Assembly (NCBI GenBank): GCA_009392915.1
Contig: CP045477.1
Span: 32,001-96,000, forward strand
Length of the DNA: 64,000 nt
DNA from: Candidatus Forterrea multitransposorum CG_2015-17_Forterrea_25_41
GTDB taxonomy: Archaea; Iainarchaeota; Iainarchaeia; Iainarchaeales; CSSED10-239
Direction: 5' to 3'
The position numbers and the translations under genes were made by a program. The notes beneath the pieces were generated by a model. The model saw nothing but the letters and a program-made list of their open reading frames with translations, was not told the DNA's origin and made no database searches. Positions 29,057-39,140 of the stretch are shown here, piece after piece. Each line of letters starts with the position of its first letter. Within the stretch, counting starts at the first letter, position 1.

Positions 29057-29551
29057 ATGAATTTACCAATATCAAAACCAATAGTTGAAAATGTTTTCTT
29101 AGATGTAATAGATCCAGTTAAATTGTTATCTGATCTTAATCAAAAGCAATTTACTGGCTTTATTTATCTTACTATTCATTCTTTGAATAATTTTGAAGAA
29201 AATATTTTATTGTTTTTAAAAGGTAATATTTCTGGTTCTATTTATTTAAATAATACTTATAATGTTGAAATTTTTGGAAAAGAAGCATTTGATTTTTCAA
29301 TTAATAATTTAGGTTATAATGATGGGACAATAAATATTTATGAATTGTCTGCAGAACAATTAAAATTAATATTAATTTTTAATGATAAAATAAAATATGA
29401 AACAAAAATTGATGAAAAATCACTCTCTAAATTAAGTTTTAAATACAATGAAGATTTATTTAGAGAAAGATTGAAAAATAAGATTTTAAATGTTAAATTA
29501 AGAGAAGAATTATTTGACAAATTTAAAATTAATGAGTTATTAAGGTTATAA
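29057..29551 (+). CDS. Hypothetical protein, DUF4388-like
   Basis: The pattern KQFTGFIYLT...LLFLKGNISGSIY...GKEAFDF resembles the DUF4388 domain; judged by eye only. Confidence 0.3.
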   Translation: MNLPISKPIVENVFLDVIDPVKLLSDLNQKQFTGFIYLTIHSLNNFEENILLFLKGNISGSIYLNNTYNVEIFGKEAFDFSINNLGYNDGTINIYELSAEQLKLILIFNDKIKYETKIDEKSLSKLSFKYNEDLFRERLKNKILNVKLREELFDKFKINELLRL

Positions 29552-29554
29552 TTT

Positions 29555-29995
29555 ATGAAAAAAATATTATCTAGATTTCTAACAAGATTATCTACAAAAA
29601 TGTTAAATATTGATGATTTAAAAACTCCTAAAGAGTTAGAACCATTATTAGAGTATAGGCCAGTTAATTTATGTTCAAAAAACTTAGATGATTTTTTATT
29701 AAAATTAAGACATAAACATCTTGTAAATCATATAATTGTAACTGATCTTGAAGGAATAGTAATTGGTAGTACAGAAAAAGACTTAAGAGAGGGTTTTAAA
29801 AGTGCTGCAATGTATAATTATATTAATACAGAAATTAAAGAATTATCAATCATCTTAATTGAATCAAAAGGATGGAACATAATATTTAAATATAGTGACA
29901 ATGTATATTTTATTAAAGCAAATGATAGTCTTAGTAGAATAGAAGTAATGGCTATTGTAAATGATTTAGAAAATTATTTAAAAGTTATAAAGTGA
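29555..29995 (+). CDS. Hypothetical protein, possibly roadblock/LC7 fold
   Basis: HIIVTDLEGIVIGSTEKDLREGFKSAAMY is compatible with roadblock/LC7. Low confidence. Confidence 0.3.
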   Translation: MKKILSRFLTRLSTKMLNIDDLKTPKELEPLLEYRPVNLCSKNLDDFLLKLRHKHLVNHIIVTDLEGIVIGSTEKDLREGFKSAAMYNYINTEIKELSIILIESKGWNIIFKYSDNVYFIKANDSLSRIEVMAIVNDLENYLKVIK

Positions 29996-30002
29996 AATTT
30001 AT

Positions 30003-30791
30003 ATGGGTGAAATATTAACAATTGCATCAGGAAAAGGCGGTGTTGGAAAAACAACACTAACAGCTAATTTAGGGATTGCTTTAAGTGATTTAGGTTTTAA
30101 AGTATTATTGATAGATGCAGATATTGCAATGTCAAATCTTAGTCTATTAATTGGTCTTGAAAATCCACCAATTACTTTACATGATATTTTATTAGGTTCT
30201 TCTTCAGCTCAAGATGCAGTTTATGATGGACCTAATGGAATTAAGATTATCCCTTCTGGACTTTCAATTTCTAATTATCAAAGAGTAGATGCTGAAAGAT
30301 TAATTTCTGTTGCAAAAAGTTTAATTTCAGATTTTGATTATATTTTAATTGATGCTCCTGCTGGTATTGATAAAAATGTTTTATCAGCAATTTCAGCTTC
30401 AACACAAGTTTTATTAATAACTGAACCAACATCTCCTTCTGTAGCAGATGTTTTTAAAGTTAAAATTGTTTGTGAAAGATTAAATCAAAAAGTTTTAGGA
30501 ATTGTTGTAAATAAAGTAAGTAGTACTAAGGGTGAAATTTCTGAAAAAGAAATTATGAAAATGCTTGAACTTCCAAGTTATGGAACTATACCTTACAGTG
30601 CAGACATTAGAGAGTCTTTCTTACTTAAAAAAATAAAACCTATCTTAATACATAATCCTAATAGTCCTTCTGCAAATTCTTTTAGATATATTGCAATAAG
30701 ATTATCAGGAAGAGAAGTTAAAGTTAAAGACGAAAAAAAGAAAAGTGGCTTTTTTAGTTTTTTAAAAAGATTATTTTCAAAAAAAAAATAA
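30003..30791 (+). CDS. minD: MinD/ParA-family ATPase (deviant Walker A)
   Basis: SGKGGVGKTT deviant Walker A, then LLIDADIAMSNLSLLIGL. 262 aa with a basic C-terminal tail. Confidence 0.8.
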   Translation: MGEILTIASGKGGVGKTTLTANLGIALSDLGFKVLLIDADIAMSNLSLLIGLENPPITLHDILLGSSSAQDAVYDGPNGIKIIPSGLSISNYQRVDAERLISVAKSLISDFDYILIDAPAGIDKNVLSAISASTQVLLITEPTSPSVADVFKVKIVCERLNQKVLGIVVNKVSSTKGEISEKEIMKMLELPSYGTIPYSADIRESFLLKKIKPILIHNPNSPSANSFRYIAIRLSGREVKVKDEKKKSGFFSFLKRLFSKKK

Positions 30792-30802
30792 GGTGATTTA
30801 AA

Positions 30803-31033
30803 ATGAGTGATTCAAAAATAACAAGACCATTTGACATGTTAAATAATGCAATAAATAAGCAAGTTTTAATACAGTTAAAAGAAAATGTTCAAGTTAGAGG
30901 TAAATTAAAAGCATTTGATGTACATATGAATATAGTTATTGAAGATGCTGAAGAAATAATTGATGGAAAGATGAAAACTAAATATGTTGAAACTTTAGTT
31001 AGAGGAGATAATATAGTTTGGATAACTGTTTAA
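30803..31033 (+). CDS. Sm-like archaeal protein (SmAP/LSm)
   Basis: Sm1/Sm2 pattern: QVRGKLKAFDVHMNIVIEDAEE...RGDNIVWI. Confidence 0.75.
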   Translation: MSDSKITRPFDMLNNAINKQVLIQLKENVQVRGKLKAFDVHMNIVIEDAEEIIDGKMKTKYVETLVRGDNIVWITV

Positions 31034-31054
31034 AATTTAATTTTAAAATAAGAT

Positions 31055-31999
31055 GTGTGTTATATGATATTGGCTATATTTACTAAATTTATTGAAAATT
31101 TTAATAATAATGTTAAAGATAGCCTTTATGATATAATTCCTCTTAACTATATTTTTATTTTTGTAATTATAATATTTGTTTTAGTTGCAATTTTAGTTTT
31201 CTCAACACTAATTTTACCGTTATTTAAAAAGTCTTCAAAAAGACTTTATAAAAGATATCTTTTTTTAAGAGATGAAATGAAAAGAGTAGATACTCTTTAT
31301 TCTCAAAAAAAAATTATATTTGATGAATATGTATCTTTACAGTTTCAGAATGCACAAGAATATTATCAAATTGTAAAAATATTATCTTCAGATCCAAAAT
31401 TTAAATCTAAACTTCAAAGTTACACTCTTCAGGATAATTTATCAAACCCAAAACCTCCTTCAAGAAAACCTTTAACAAAAGAAGAAAAAGATTTACAACA
31501 AATTGAAAAATTAACTTCTGTTTTAAAACCAAGAGCTAGTGATTTTACAAAAGAAGATATATATAGTGTTTTGCTTTATGAAGGTTTTGAAGAAAATATT
31601 ATTCAAAGTGTATTAAAAGCTTTAGTCTCTCAGAATGTGACCTTTTCAAAAATATCTTCTACTGAAAATAAAAAAGATTTATCTTCTTTCTTAGATAATT
31701 TAATTAAAGGAAAAGAATCTGATCTTAAAAATCAAGGTGAAACTTCTCAATCAATTTCATTTGATAAAAATAAAGAGAATGATTTCTTTAAAGAAGATTT
31801 TAAAAGAAAAGAACTTAATTTTGATAATATTAAAGATGTTGATTATACTTTTAAGGTTGAACCTGAAAAGAAAGAAAAAGTTGGTTTCTTTAAAAGACTA
31901 TTTGGAAAAAAGAAAAAACCACCTGTTAAAGCATCTATAACAGAAGTTGACAGTATCTTAAAGAATATTGAAAATGAATTAAAGACTAAAGAAATTTAA
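31055..31999 (+). CDS. Single-pass membrane protein with a long K/E-rich cytoplasmic region
   Basis: One TM helix (IFIFVIIIFVLVAILVFSTLILPLF) followed by a charged low-complexity region. Confidence 0.35.
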   Translation: MCYMILAIFTKFIENFNNNVKDSLYDIIPLNYIFIFVIIIFVLVAILVFSTLILPLFKKSSKRLYKRYLFLRDEMKRVDTLYSQKKIIFDEYVSLQFQNAQEYYQIVKILSSDPKFKSKLQSYTLQDNLSNPKPPSRKPLTKEEKDLQQIEKLTSVLKPRASDFTKEDIYSVLLYEGFEENIIQSVLKALVSQNVTFSKISSTENKKDLSSFLDNLIKGKESDLKNQGETSQSISFDKNKENDFFKEDFKRKELNFDNIKDVDYTFKVEPEKKEKVGFFKRLFGKKKKPPVKASITEVDSILKNIENELKTKEI

Positions 32000-32296
32000 T
32001 CTTTAGTCTCTTCCTGAATTTATTAAAAGTATTATTCCTATAATTATTAAAATTAGTCCTAAATATATATTTAATCTTGATAATACACCTGGAAGATCTG
32101 GAATATACATTCCAATACCAATTCCCATTATAATTCCACTAGCAAGAGATTTACCCATATTTCATGTCTCCTATTTTAATTGTTAGTTTATAATTTCATA
32201 TATTGATGATAAGGTTTTTAAATTAATTTAGTTTGATAAATTAAATAAATACATTCTTTTTAATATTTATCTAATCTATTATTATATTGAGAAAAT

Positions 32297-32926
32297 ATGA
32301 ATTTTGAAAATGTAATCTTTGGAAATATTAATGATTTTGATAAAAGTCTTTTAAAAGAAATTATTGATTATCTTAATGAAAAAGAAATAAACTATTTTTA
32401 TTTAAGTGGACTTAATGAAGATTTTGGAAAAGAATATATTAAAAATAATAATTTTGATTATTTTTTTAATTTTAATAAAATCTATCATGTAGACAAATCT
32501 TATTTAGATACTCTTTCTGAAATTGATTTAGAAATTAGAAATAACAATTATAAAAAATCAAACGATTATATTGATCAATATTATAAAATTTATTTTTTAA
32601 CAAAATTAAAACCAAATCTTAATAATGAAAAAACTTTATTTATTGGAAATGATATTTGGACTGATGCTTATTATATATCTGAATATACTCTTGCAAATGT
32701 AATTTTATTTAAATCAAAAATTACATTTAATAAAGAAGAATTTAATAAAGATTTAAAAACAATTAATTGTTTTGAAAATATATCTGATTTTAAAAAAATA
32801 ATTGAAGAAGAAACTGAATTTAATTATTCTAAATTAAAGTCTTTTGCAAAAAGTTATTTAATTTCAAAGACTGTTGGAAAACTAGATTTAGATTTAAGTA
32901 AAATATATAAAAAGAGTGATAAGTAA
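32297..32926 (+). CDS. Hypothetical protein (209 aa)
   Basis: ORF directly upstream of enolase, with which it overlaps by 1 nt. Confidence 0.3.
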   Translation: MNFENVIFGNINDFDKSLLKEIIDYLNEKEINYFYLSGLNEDFGKEYIKNNNFDYFFNFNKIYHVDKSYLDTLSEIDLEIRNNNYKKSNDYIDQYYKIYFLTKLKPNLNNEKTLFIGNDIWTDAYYISEYTLANVILFKSKITFNKEEFNKDLKTINCFENISDFKKIIEEETEFNYSKLKSFAKSYLISKTVGKLDLDLSKIYKKSDK

Positions 32927-34173
32927 TGGAAATAAAAGAAATAAAAGCAATTAGAGTTCTTGATTCAAGAGGAGTACCAACAATTAAAACGTTTGTAAAA
33001 ACAGAAAATGAAACAGGATCAGCATCAATTCCTTCTGGAACTTCTGCAGGTTTGTTTGAAGCTTATGAACTTAGAGATACAAAATCTAAAGATTATTTTA
33101 ATTTAGATGTTTCTAAAGCTATAAAGAATGTTAATACTGTAATTAATAAAAAATTAAAAGGTAAATTTGTACTTGACCAAGAAGATATTGACAATACATT
33201 ATTAGAGCTTGATGGTACTGATAATAAATCTAGACTTGGAGCAAATGCAATTCTTTCTGTAAGTCTTGCAGTTTCAAGAGCAGCTGCAAATGAATTATCT
33301 ATGCCTTTATATCAGTATATTTCAAGATTAAATAATAATAATAATTTTAAAGACCCAACTCCTCTTTCAAACATTATTAATGGTGGACTTCATTCAGGAT
33401 CAAATATTGCTTTTCAAGAATATTTAATAATTCCAAAATTTAAAGAAATTGAAGATTCTGTAAAATCAATGAGTGAAATTTATCATTCTTTAAAAAATAT
33501 AATTTCAAAAGAATATGGTCCTTCTTCTACAAATGTTGGTTTTGAAGGAGGTTTTGTACCTAACTTTAAAGATGTTAATGAAGAAAATCCTTTAATATTA
33601 ATTGAAAAAGCAATTAAAGATGCAGGATATACAAGAAAAGAAATTGGTTTAGGACTTGATTGTGCTGCAAATTCTTTTTATAATGAAAAAGAAAAAAAAT
33701 ATTTTTTAAATAATAAAAATTATTCTTCATCAGAATTACTAGATTATTATTTAGATCTTATTAAAAAATTTAAAATAAAATCAATAGAAGATCCTTTCTT
33801 TGAAAAAGATAAAAAAGCATGGCAAGAGTTTAGTAAAAAAGTAAGTTCTTCAATTAATGTTGTTGGAGATGATCTTTTAGTTACAAATCCAGCTTTAATA
33901 AAAGATGCAATTTCTAAAAAATACTGTAATTCTCTACTTTTAAAAGTTAACCAGATTGGAACATTAACTGAAAGTTTAAATGCATTTAATATTTCAAAAA
34001 AAGCAAATTGGAAAGTTATAGTCTCTCACAGATCAGGAGAAACTGAAGATAATTATATTTCTGATCTTGCTTATGGAATTAATGCTGATTATGTTAAATT
34101 TGGAGCTCCTTCAAGAGGAGAGAGAACTTCTAAATATAATAGACTTCTTGAGATTAAAGAAATAAAAAGTTAA
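32926..34173 (+). CDS. eno: Enolase (phosphopyruvate hydratase)
   Basis: IRVLDSRGVPTIKT..., SHRSGETED and the C-terminal KYNRLLEI. Confidence 0.9.
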   Translation: MEIKEIKAIRVLDSRGVPTIKTFVKTENETGSASIPSGTSAGLFEAYELRDTKSKDYFNLDVSKAIKNVNTVINKKLKGKFVLDQEDIDNTLLELDGTDNKSRLGANAILSVSLAVSRAAANELSMPLYQYISRLNNNNNFKDPTPLSNIINGGLHSGSNIAFQEYLIIPKFKEIEDSVKSMSEIYHSLKNIISKEYGPSSTNVGFEGGFVPNFKDVNEENPLILIEKAIKDAGYTRKEIGLGLDCAANSFYNEKEKKYFLNNKNYSSSELLDYYLDLIKKFKIKSIEDPFFEKDKKAWQEFSKKVSSSINVVGDDLLVTNPALIKDAISKKYCNSLLLKVNQIGTLTESLNAFNISKKANWKVIVSHRSGETEDNYISDLAYGINADYVKFGAPSRGERTSKYNRLLEIKEIKS

Positions 34174-34185
34174 AAAGAAAGAAAA

Positions 34186-34356
34186 TTATTCTTTCTTTTT
34201 AAGCATAGGAAGTCCAGTTCTTTTGTTTTCTATGACTTTATAACCATCTGGAAGATCTATTGAATCAGTAGAGTCTCCAGAAAAAAAGAAAAGATGACCT
34301 TTTTTATGAAGATAATATGTTTTACCATTTTTTTTATTTTCTTGTGAATAACCCAT
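34186..34356 (-). CDS. Small ORF (56 aa) absent from the supplied track: MGYSQENKKNGKTYYLHKKGHLFFFSGDSTDSIDLPDGYKVIENKRTGLPMLKKKE
   Basis: Translated by hand from the minus strand. It is convergent with enolase and shares a terminator-like hairpin with it (aagaaagaaaattattctttcttt). Confidence 0.25.
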   Translation of the reverse strand: MGYSQENKKNGKTYYLHKKGHLFFFSGDSTDSIDLPDGYKVIENKRTGLPMLKKKE

Positions 34357-34605
34357 ATATTAACAACCCCCTTAAAATTGTTTTTTTATAATAACTATTT
34401 TTATTTCTAAATTTAATACTCTTAAAAACTAAATATTTTTTTATCTAGAAACTAAACTATTCAATATATAGAAACAATTCTTTTATAATAGTGTAGGTTT
34501 TTTTAATTAATTTATTCACTGAGATAAATAACGATACCTTTAAAAAACATTTATAAACATATTTATTTATAAGTTTAATATACTTTATAATATTTAAAAG
34601 GTGAA

Positions 34606-35460
34606 ATGAAAATGGCAGATGAATTTGATTTAAATGAAGACATGGGCTCTACTTCTAAAAGATCTGGAACTTCAAAACTTAGACTTGAAGGAATAATTCC
34701 AATTGTAATAATAATTATTGTTGTTTTATTAATTGCTTTTAAAACAAACATATTTTCAGGATCTTCAGATATATTTAGTGGAAAGGGATCAGCAGTTTTA
34801 ATTATTGGTTCTCCAAGCCCTAATTTACAATTAGTTTTAAACAATGCAGAAAATAAAGATTTAATTAAAGAAAAAAGACAAATAACGATGGATGCTCTTT
34901 TATATAATCCTACTGAAAGGATAAAAGGGTATGATATTATAATATTAGATCAAAGTTTATCTGCTGATAAATCAATTACAAGAACAGCAGGAGAGGCAAT
35001 AGCTTCTTTTGTAAAATCAGGTGGAAGTTTAATGGTTGTTTTAAACTCTGGAATTGAAAGACCAGGAGATCCTTCAGTTATTGGTTGGAAACCAACTTTT
35101 GGAGATATAGTTCCTGTTTCTTGTGATCCTACACTTTACAGTATTCCAAGTTGTAAACAACAATTAAGAGTAAATGGTATTTTATATGCTAATAGATACA
35201 ATAGTAAACAAGGTGCATATAAGATAATGTATGGTATTGAAAAAGTGCCTGCACTTGAATCTGCTGGACTTATTTCAACAGAGACATATCCTGTAACTGT
35301 TAATGGTAATGAAATTGCATATTTAGTTGATTCTAGAACAGGTACATACTATCCTGCAATTGTTGAAAAACCATTACTTTTAGGAAAAGTCATTTACTTT
35401 AATTATGATCCTGGACTTTCAGAAACAATTTTTGTAAATACTTTAAAATATTTAGGTTAG
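34606..35460 (+). CDS. Membrane-anchored hypothetical protein (284 aa)
   Basis: N-terminal TM helix IIPIVIIIIVVLLIAF, then a globular domain. Confidence 0.35.
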   Translation: MKMADEFDLNEDMGSTSKRSGTSKLRLEGIIPIVIIIIVVLLIAFKTNIFSGSSDIFSGKGSAVLIIGSPSPNLQLVLNNAENKDLIKEKRQITMDALLYNPTERIKGYDIIILDQSLSADKSITRTAGEAIASFVKSGGSLMVVLNSGIERPGDPSVIGWKPTFGDIVPVSCDPTLYSIPSCKQQLRVNGILYANRYNSKQGAYKIMYGIEKVPALESAGLISTETYPVTVNGNEIAYLVDSRTGTYYPAIVEKPLLLGKVIYFNYDPGLSETIFVNTLKYLG

Positions 35461-35633
35461 ATTTTTTTTAAAAAGAAAAAATCTTTTTCTTTTTTCTTCT
35501 TTTTTTTTAAAAATATACATTTAAAAACACTTCTCTGCTATAATTATATTACTTTTAAAGCTATTTATAGTTTTAATATTATTAAAAAAACCGATATAAC
35601 TGCTTAAAATAAAGCAGGAGGTGCAAAGTAGAT

Positions 35634-36290
35634 ATGGATAAAAAGACATTAGAGTCTACCATTAAAGATTTATTTTCAAATCTTAAGAAAAGAAATTTTG
35701 ATGAATCAGTAGACTTAATTGTAACATTCAAAAATATGAATATTAAAAATAAAGATCATAGATTTGAATACTTTGTAAGTATACCTCATCCATTTGTAAC
35801 TAAAATAAAGACACTTGCATTTGTTAAAAATAAACAATTTATAGAGTCTTTAAAAGGTATAGTGGATAAAGTAATTCCTGATGAAGAAATATCAAAGATT
35901 ACTAAAAAAGAAGGTAAAAAACTTGCAAATGAGTTTGATTTAATTTTAGCAGAAGGTCCTGCTATGCTAACTGTGGGAAAATTCTTAGGACAAGTTTTAA
36001 GTCCAAGAGGAAAAATGCCTACAATTATGCCACCATCAGAACCAGCTGTAAAAAGTTTGATTGAATCTCAACTTTCAAAAGTAAAAGTAACTAATAAAAA
36101 AAGTAAATCTTCTGTTTCTTTAATGCTTAGAATTGGAAAGAAAAGTCAAGATACAGCTTTTATTGCAGAAAATACTTTAGCTGTTTTAAGTTCTATTGCA
36201 GATAAACTTCCAAATGGAAAACAGAATATTAAAGATGTTATTTTTAAAACAACAATGAGTGCACCTGTTAAGGTAGGAGGTGCTTTATAG
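35634..36290 (+). CDS. rpl1: Ribosomal protein L1
   Basis: Typical L1 N-terminus and length. It immediately precedes P0 and L12. Confidence 0.85.
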   Translation: MDKKTLESTIKDLFSNLKKRNFDESVDLIVTFKNMNIKNKDHRFEYFVSIPHPFVTKIKTLAFVKNKQFIESLKGIVDKVIPDEEISKITKKEGKKLANEFDLILAEGPAMLTVGKFLGQVLSPRGKMPTIMPPSEPAVKSLIESQLSKVKVTNKKSKSSVSLMLRIGKKSQDTAFIAENTLAVLSSIADKLPNGKQNIKDVIFKTTMSAPVKVGGAL

Positions 36291-37055
36291 ATGGCAAAAC
36301 ATCTTAAAGAATGGAGACATAAAGAATTAGGTATTATTTCTGATCTTATATCTCAATATAAAACAATTGGTATTGGTGATTTGTATAATTTTCCATCAGC
36401 TTTACTTCATAAGCTAAGAAAAAATACTCCTAAAATACATTTCAAAGTAACTAACAGAAATATTTTAAAAATGGCTCTTGAAAAAATAGGTCAAAAAGAT
36501 TTAATTGAAAAGTTACCTGATCAACCAATATTGATTTTATCAAATGATAATGCTTTTGAAATATATTCTTCAATTAAGAAAAATAAATCAAAATCAAAAG
36601 CAAAAGTTGGTATGTTATCTCCAATTGATATTGTTGTTCCTGAAGGAGACACTGGTCTTGCACCTGGTCCTGCACTTTCAGATCTTAAAAAAGTTGGTAT
36701 TAAAGCTCAAGTTAAAGGAGCTACAATCCATGTTACAAAAGATACTGTTATTGCAAAAGAAGGAGACGTTATCAATGAAGATATTGTAAGTACTTTATCA
36801 AAGCTTGACATTAAACCTGTTGAATTAATTTTAGAAGTTGTCTTTATTAAAGAAGATGGCATAATTTATTCAAAAGATGTTTTAGATGTTGATGCTGAAA
36901 CAATATATAACAATTTCATAACTGCTGTAAGACAATCAATTAATTTAGGTGTTGAAATATCTTACGCAACAGAACTTACAATTGAGCCTATGATAATGAT
37001 GGCTGAATTGAAAGCAAAAGCCTTAGAAAAAGAGGTTGAAGAAAAAAGTAATTAA
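36291..37055 (+). CDS. rplP0: Ribosomal protein L10 / acidic P0
   Basis: Position between L1 and L12; acidic C-terminus EKEVEEK. Confidence 0.8.
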   Translation: MAKHLKEWRHKELGIISDLISQYKTIGIGDLYNFPSALLHKLRKNTPKIHFKVTNRNILKMALEKIGQKDLIEKLPDQPILILSNDNAFEIYSSIKKNKSKSKAKVGMLSPIDIVVPEGDTGLAPGPALSDLKKVGIKAQVKGATIHVTKDTVIAKEGDVINEDIVSTLSKLDIKPVELILEVVFIKEDGIIYSKDVLDVDAETIYNNFITAVRQSINLGVEISYATELTIEPMIMMAELKAKALEKEVEEKSN

Positions 37056-37110
37056 TTTTACTTTTTTTCTTTTAAATAAAAAAAAATTAAAAATAAGAGG
37101 GTGAATTAGT

Positions 37111-37401
37111 ATGGATTATATCTATGCAGTTTTATTATTACATAACGCAAAAAAAGAAATTACAGATGCAAATGTTAAAGCAGTATTAGCTGCTGCTGGT
37201 GTTTCTGTTGATGACGGAAAATTAAAAGGTCTTTTAGCTTCATTAAAAGAAGTAAATATCGCTGAAGCTATTGAAAAAGCATCAATGCCAGTTGCTGCTG
37301 CTGCAGGTCCTGTTGCAGAAGTTAAAGAAGAGAAAAAAGAAGAAGAAGTTGAAGTTTCAGAAGAATCAGCTGCTGAAGGTTTAGGTTCTCTTTTCGGTTA
37401 G
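37111..37401 (+). CDS. rpl12: Ribosomal protein L12 (P1 stalk protein)
   Basis: [17 protein letters not shown]..., a poly-Ala/Glu hinge, and the C-terminal EGLGSLFG. Confidence 0.9.
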   Translation: MDYIYAVLLLHNAKKEITDANVKAVLAAAGVSVDDGKLKGLLASLKEVNIAEAIEKASMPVAAAAGPVAEVKEEKKEEEVEVSEESAAEGLGSLFG

Positions 37402-37436
37402 AGGTTTTTTTTTAAAACCTTTCTTTTTTCTTTTTA
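37402..37436 (+). terminator. Hairpin plus T-tract downstream of rpl12
   Basis: aggttttttttttaaaacct, a perfect inverted repeat, followed by ttcttttttcttttt. Confidence 0.4.
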
Positions 37437-37553
37437 ATTTAAGAAAAGATTTTTTTTAAGAATAATAAAAAGATTTTTTCTTTTTTTTATTTTATTTTCT
37501 CGGCCTTGTTCTTTCAATAAATATATAAACTATTTATTCTATTATTATATATC

Positions 37554-39140
37554 ATGTTAGAAGACAAGTATATTACTTTTCCATATATTAAGAAAAATAC
37601 TGTGGAAAAAAGAGTTTATCAAGAACTATTGACTGCAAAAGCTATTGAAACATCTACATTAGTTGTAGCTCCAACTGGTCTTGGAAAAACCATTGTTGCG
37701 GTTTTACTTATAGGGTTTATATACAATCCAAAAAAATCAATTTTATTTTTAGCACCAACAAAACCTCTTGTCTCACAACATAAAAAATCTTTAGAAAAAG
37801 TTTTAGAAGTTGATCCTGATAAAATAATTTTTTTAACAGGACAAAATCCTCCTGAAAAGAGAAAAGAAATTTATTCTCAAAAAGGGTTAGTTATTTGTGC
37901 TACTCCTCAGACAATAGATAATGATATTAAAAATAATCTTTTAAAAGAAGATAATTTTAATTTAATAATCTTTGATGAAGCTCATAGAGCTGTTGGAGAG
38001 TATGCTTATGTTTCTATTTCTTCTTTTTTTAAAGAAGAAATAAAAAGACTTGCATTAACAGCATCTCCTGGTTATAATAAACAGAAAATTAAAGAAATTG
38101 CTGATAATTTAAAAATAAAACATATAGAAATAAAAACTGAATCTGACTTAGATGTTATTGATTATGTTAAAGATATAGAGATTGAAACTGTTTTTGTTGA
38201 ACTTGATGACGTTTCAAAAAAAATATCTAAAATTTTAGATTCTTTTATTTTAAAAAAAATAGAACTTTTAAGAAAACTTAATTTATCAGTTTCTTCAAAC
38301 TTTACTAAAAAACAAATATTAATGGTTCAACAACAATTGTTTAAAAGACTTGAATCTTCTAAAAATTCATTAAATTTTGTAGCACTTATAAATGTGTCTT
38401 TAGCTTTAAAAGCACTTTATGCAAAAGAATTAATTGAGACTCAAGGTTTTTTACCTCTTAAACATTATCTTGAAAAAGCATTTATTGATTCTAAATCTTC
38501 AAAAACTACTAAAACTTTAAATCAATTTGTAAATTCTAAAGAAATTTTAGAAACTTATTCTTTAATAATTAATTTAGATTATTCAAAACCAATTTATTCT
38601 AAGGAAAAAGAAATTGTAGAATTGGTTAAAAACTTTATTTTAAATAATCCTTCTTCAAAAATATTAATTTTTAATAATTTTAGAGATTCTGCTCAAAATA
38701 TTTCAAATTACTTAAATAAATATGATAATTTAAATAGTGTGAGATTTGTTGGACAATCTTCTAAAGAAAAAGATAAAGGATTATCTCAAAAAGAACAAGC
38801 TCAAATAATTTCTGACTTTAGAGATGGTTTAAACAATGTTTTAGTGTGTACTTCTGTTGGTGAAGAAGGACTTGATATTCCTTCAGTTGATTTAGTTTTT
38901 TTTTATGATGCAGTTCCTTCAGAAATTAGGTCTATACAGAGAAGAGGAAGAACAGGTAGATTTAATGCTGGTAAAGTTATTATTCTTTTAAATAAAGATA
39001 CAATTGATGAACATTATTATTATGTTTCTTTAAAGAAAGAAAAAACTATGAAAAAAAATTTAATTTCCATGTCAAGAGATGGAGATTTGAAAATTGTGAA
39101 AAGAAAGAAAAAAGTTCAAAAAAATTTAGGTGACTTTTAA
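37554..39140 (+). CDS. Hef/FANCM-like SF2 helicase (helicase domains only)
   Basis: Motif I VVAPTGLGKT, motif II IIFDEAHRAV, motif III LTASPG, motif VI QRRGRTGR. No nuclease domain lies in the same ORF. Confidence 0.75.
   Translation: MLEDKYITFPYIKKNTVEKRVYQELLTAKAIETSTLVVAPTGLGKTIVAVLLIGFIYNPKKSILFLAPTKPLVSQHKKSLEKVLEVDPDKIIFLTGQNPPEKRKEIYSQKGLVICATPQTIDNDIKNNLLKEDNFNLIIFDEAHRAVGEYAYVSISSFFKEEIKRLALTASPGYNKQKIKEIADNLKIKHIEIKTESDLDVIDYVKDIEIETVFVELDDVSKKISKILDSFILKKIELLRKLNLSVSSNFTKKQILMVQQQLFKRLESSKNSLNFVALINVSLALKALYAKELIETQGFLPLKHYLEKAFIDSKSSKTTKTLNQFVNSKEILETYSLIINLDYSKPIYSKEKEIVELVKNFILNNPSSKILIFNNFRDSAQNISNYLNKYDNLNSVRFVGQSSKEKDKGLSQKEQAQIISDFRDGLNNVLVCTSVGEEGLDIPSVDLVFFYDAVPSEIRSIQRRGRTGRFNAGKVIILLNKDTIDEHYYYVSLKKEKTMKKNLISMSRDGDLKIVKRKKKVQKNLGDF

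Noticed and set aside
31737-31940. 67-aa ORF inside the K-rich membrane protein gene
   Set aside because: Alternative frame of a lysine-codon-rich region (AAA/AAG runs yield K/L-rich ORFs in other frames).
36544-36789. 81-aa plus-strand ORF inside rplP0
   Set aside because: Alternative frame within the P0 gene, with Leu/Lys low-complexity. Spurious.
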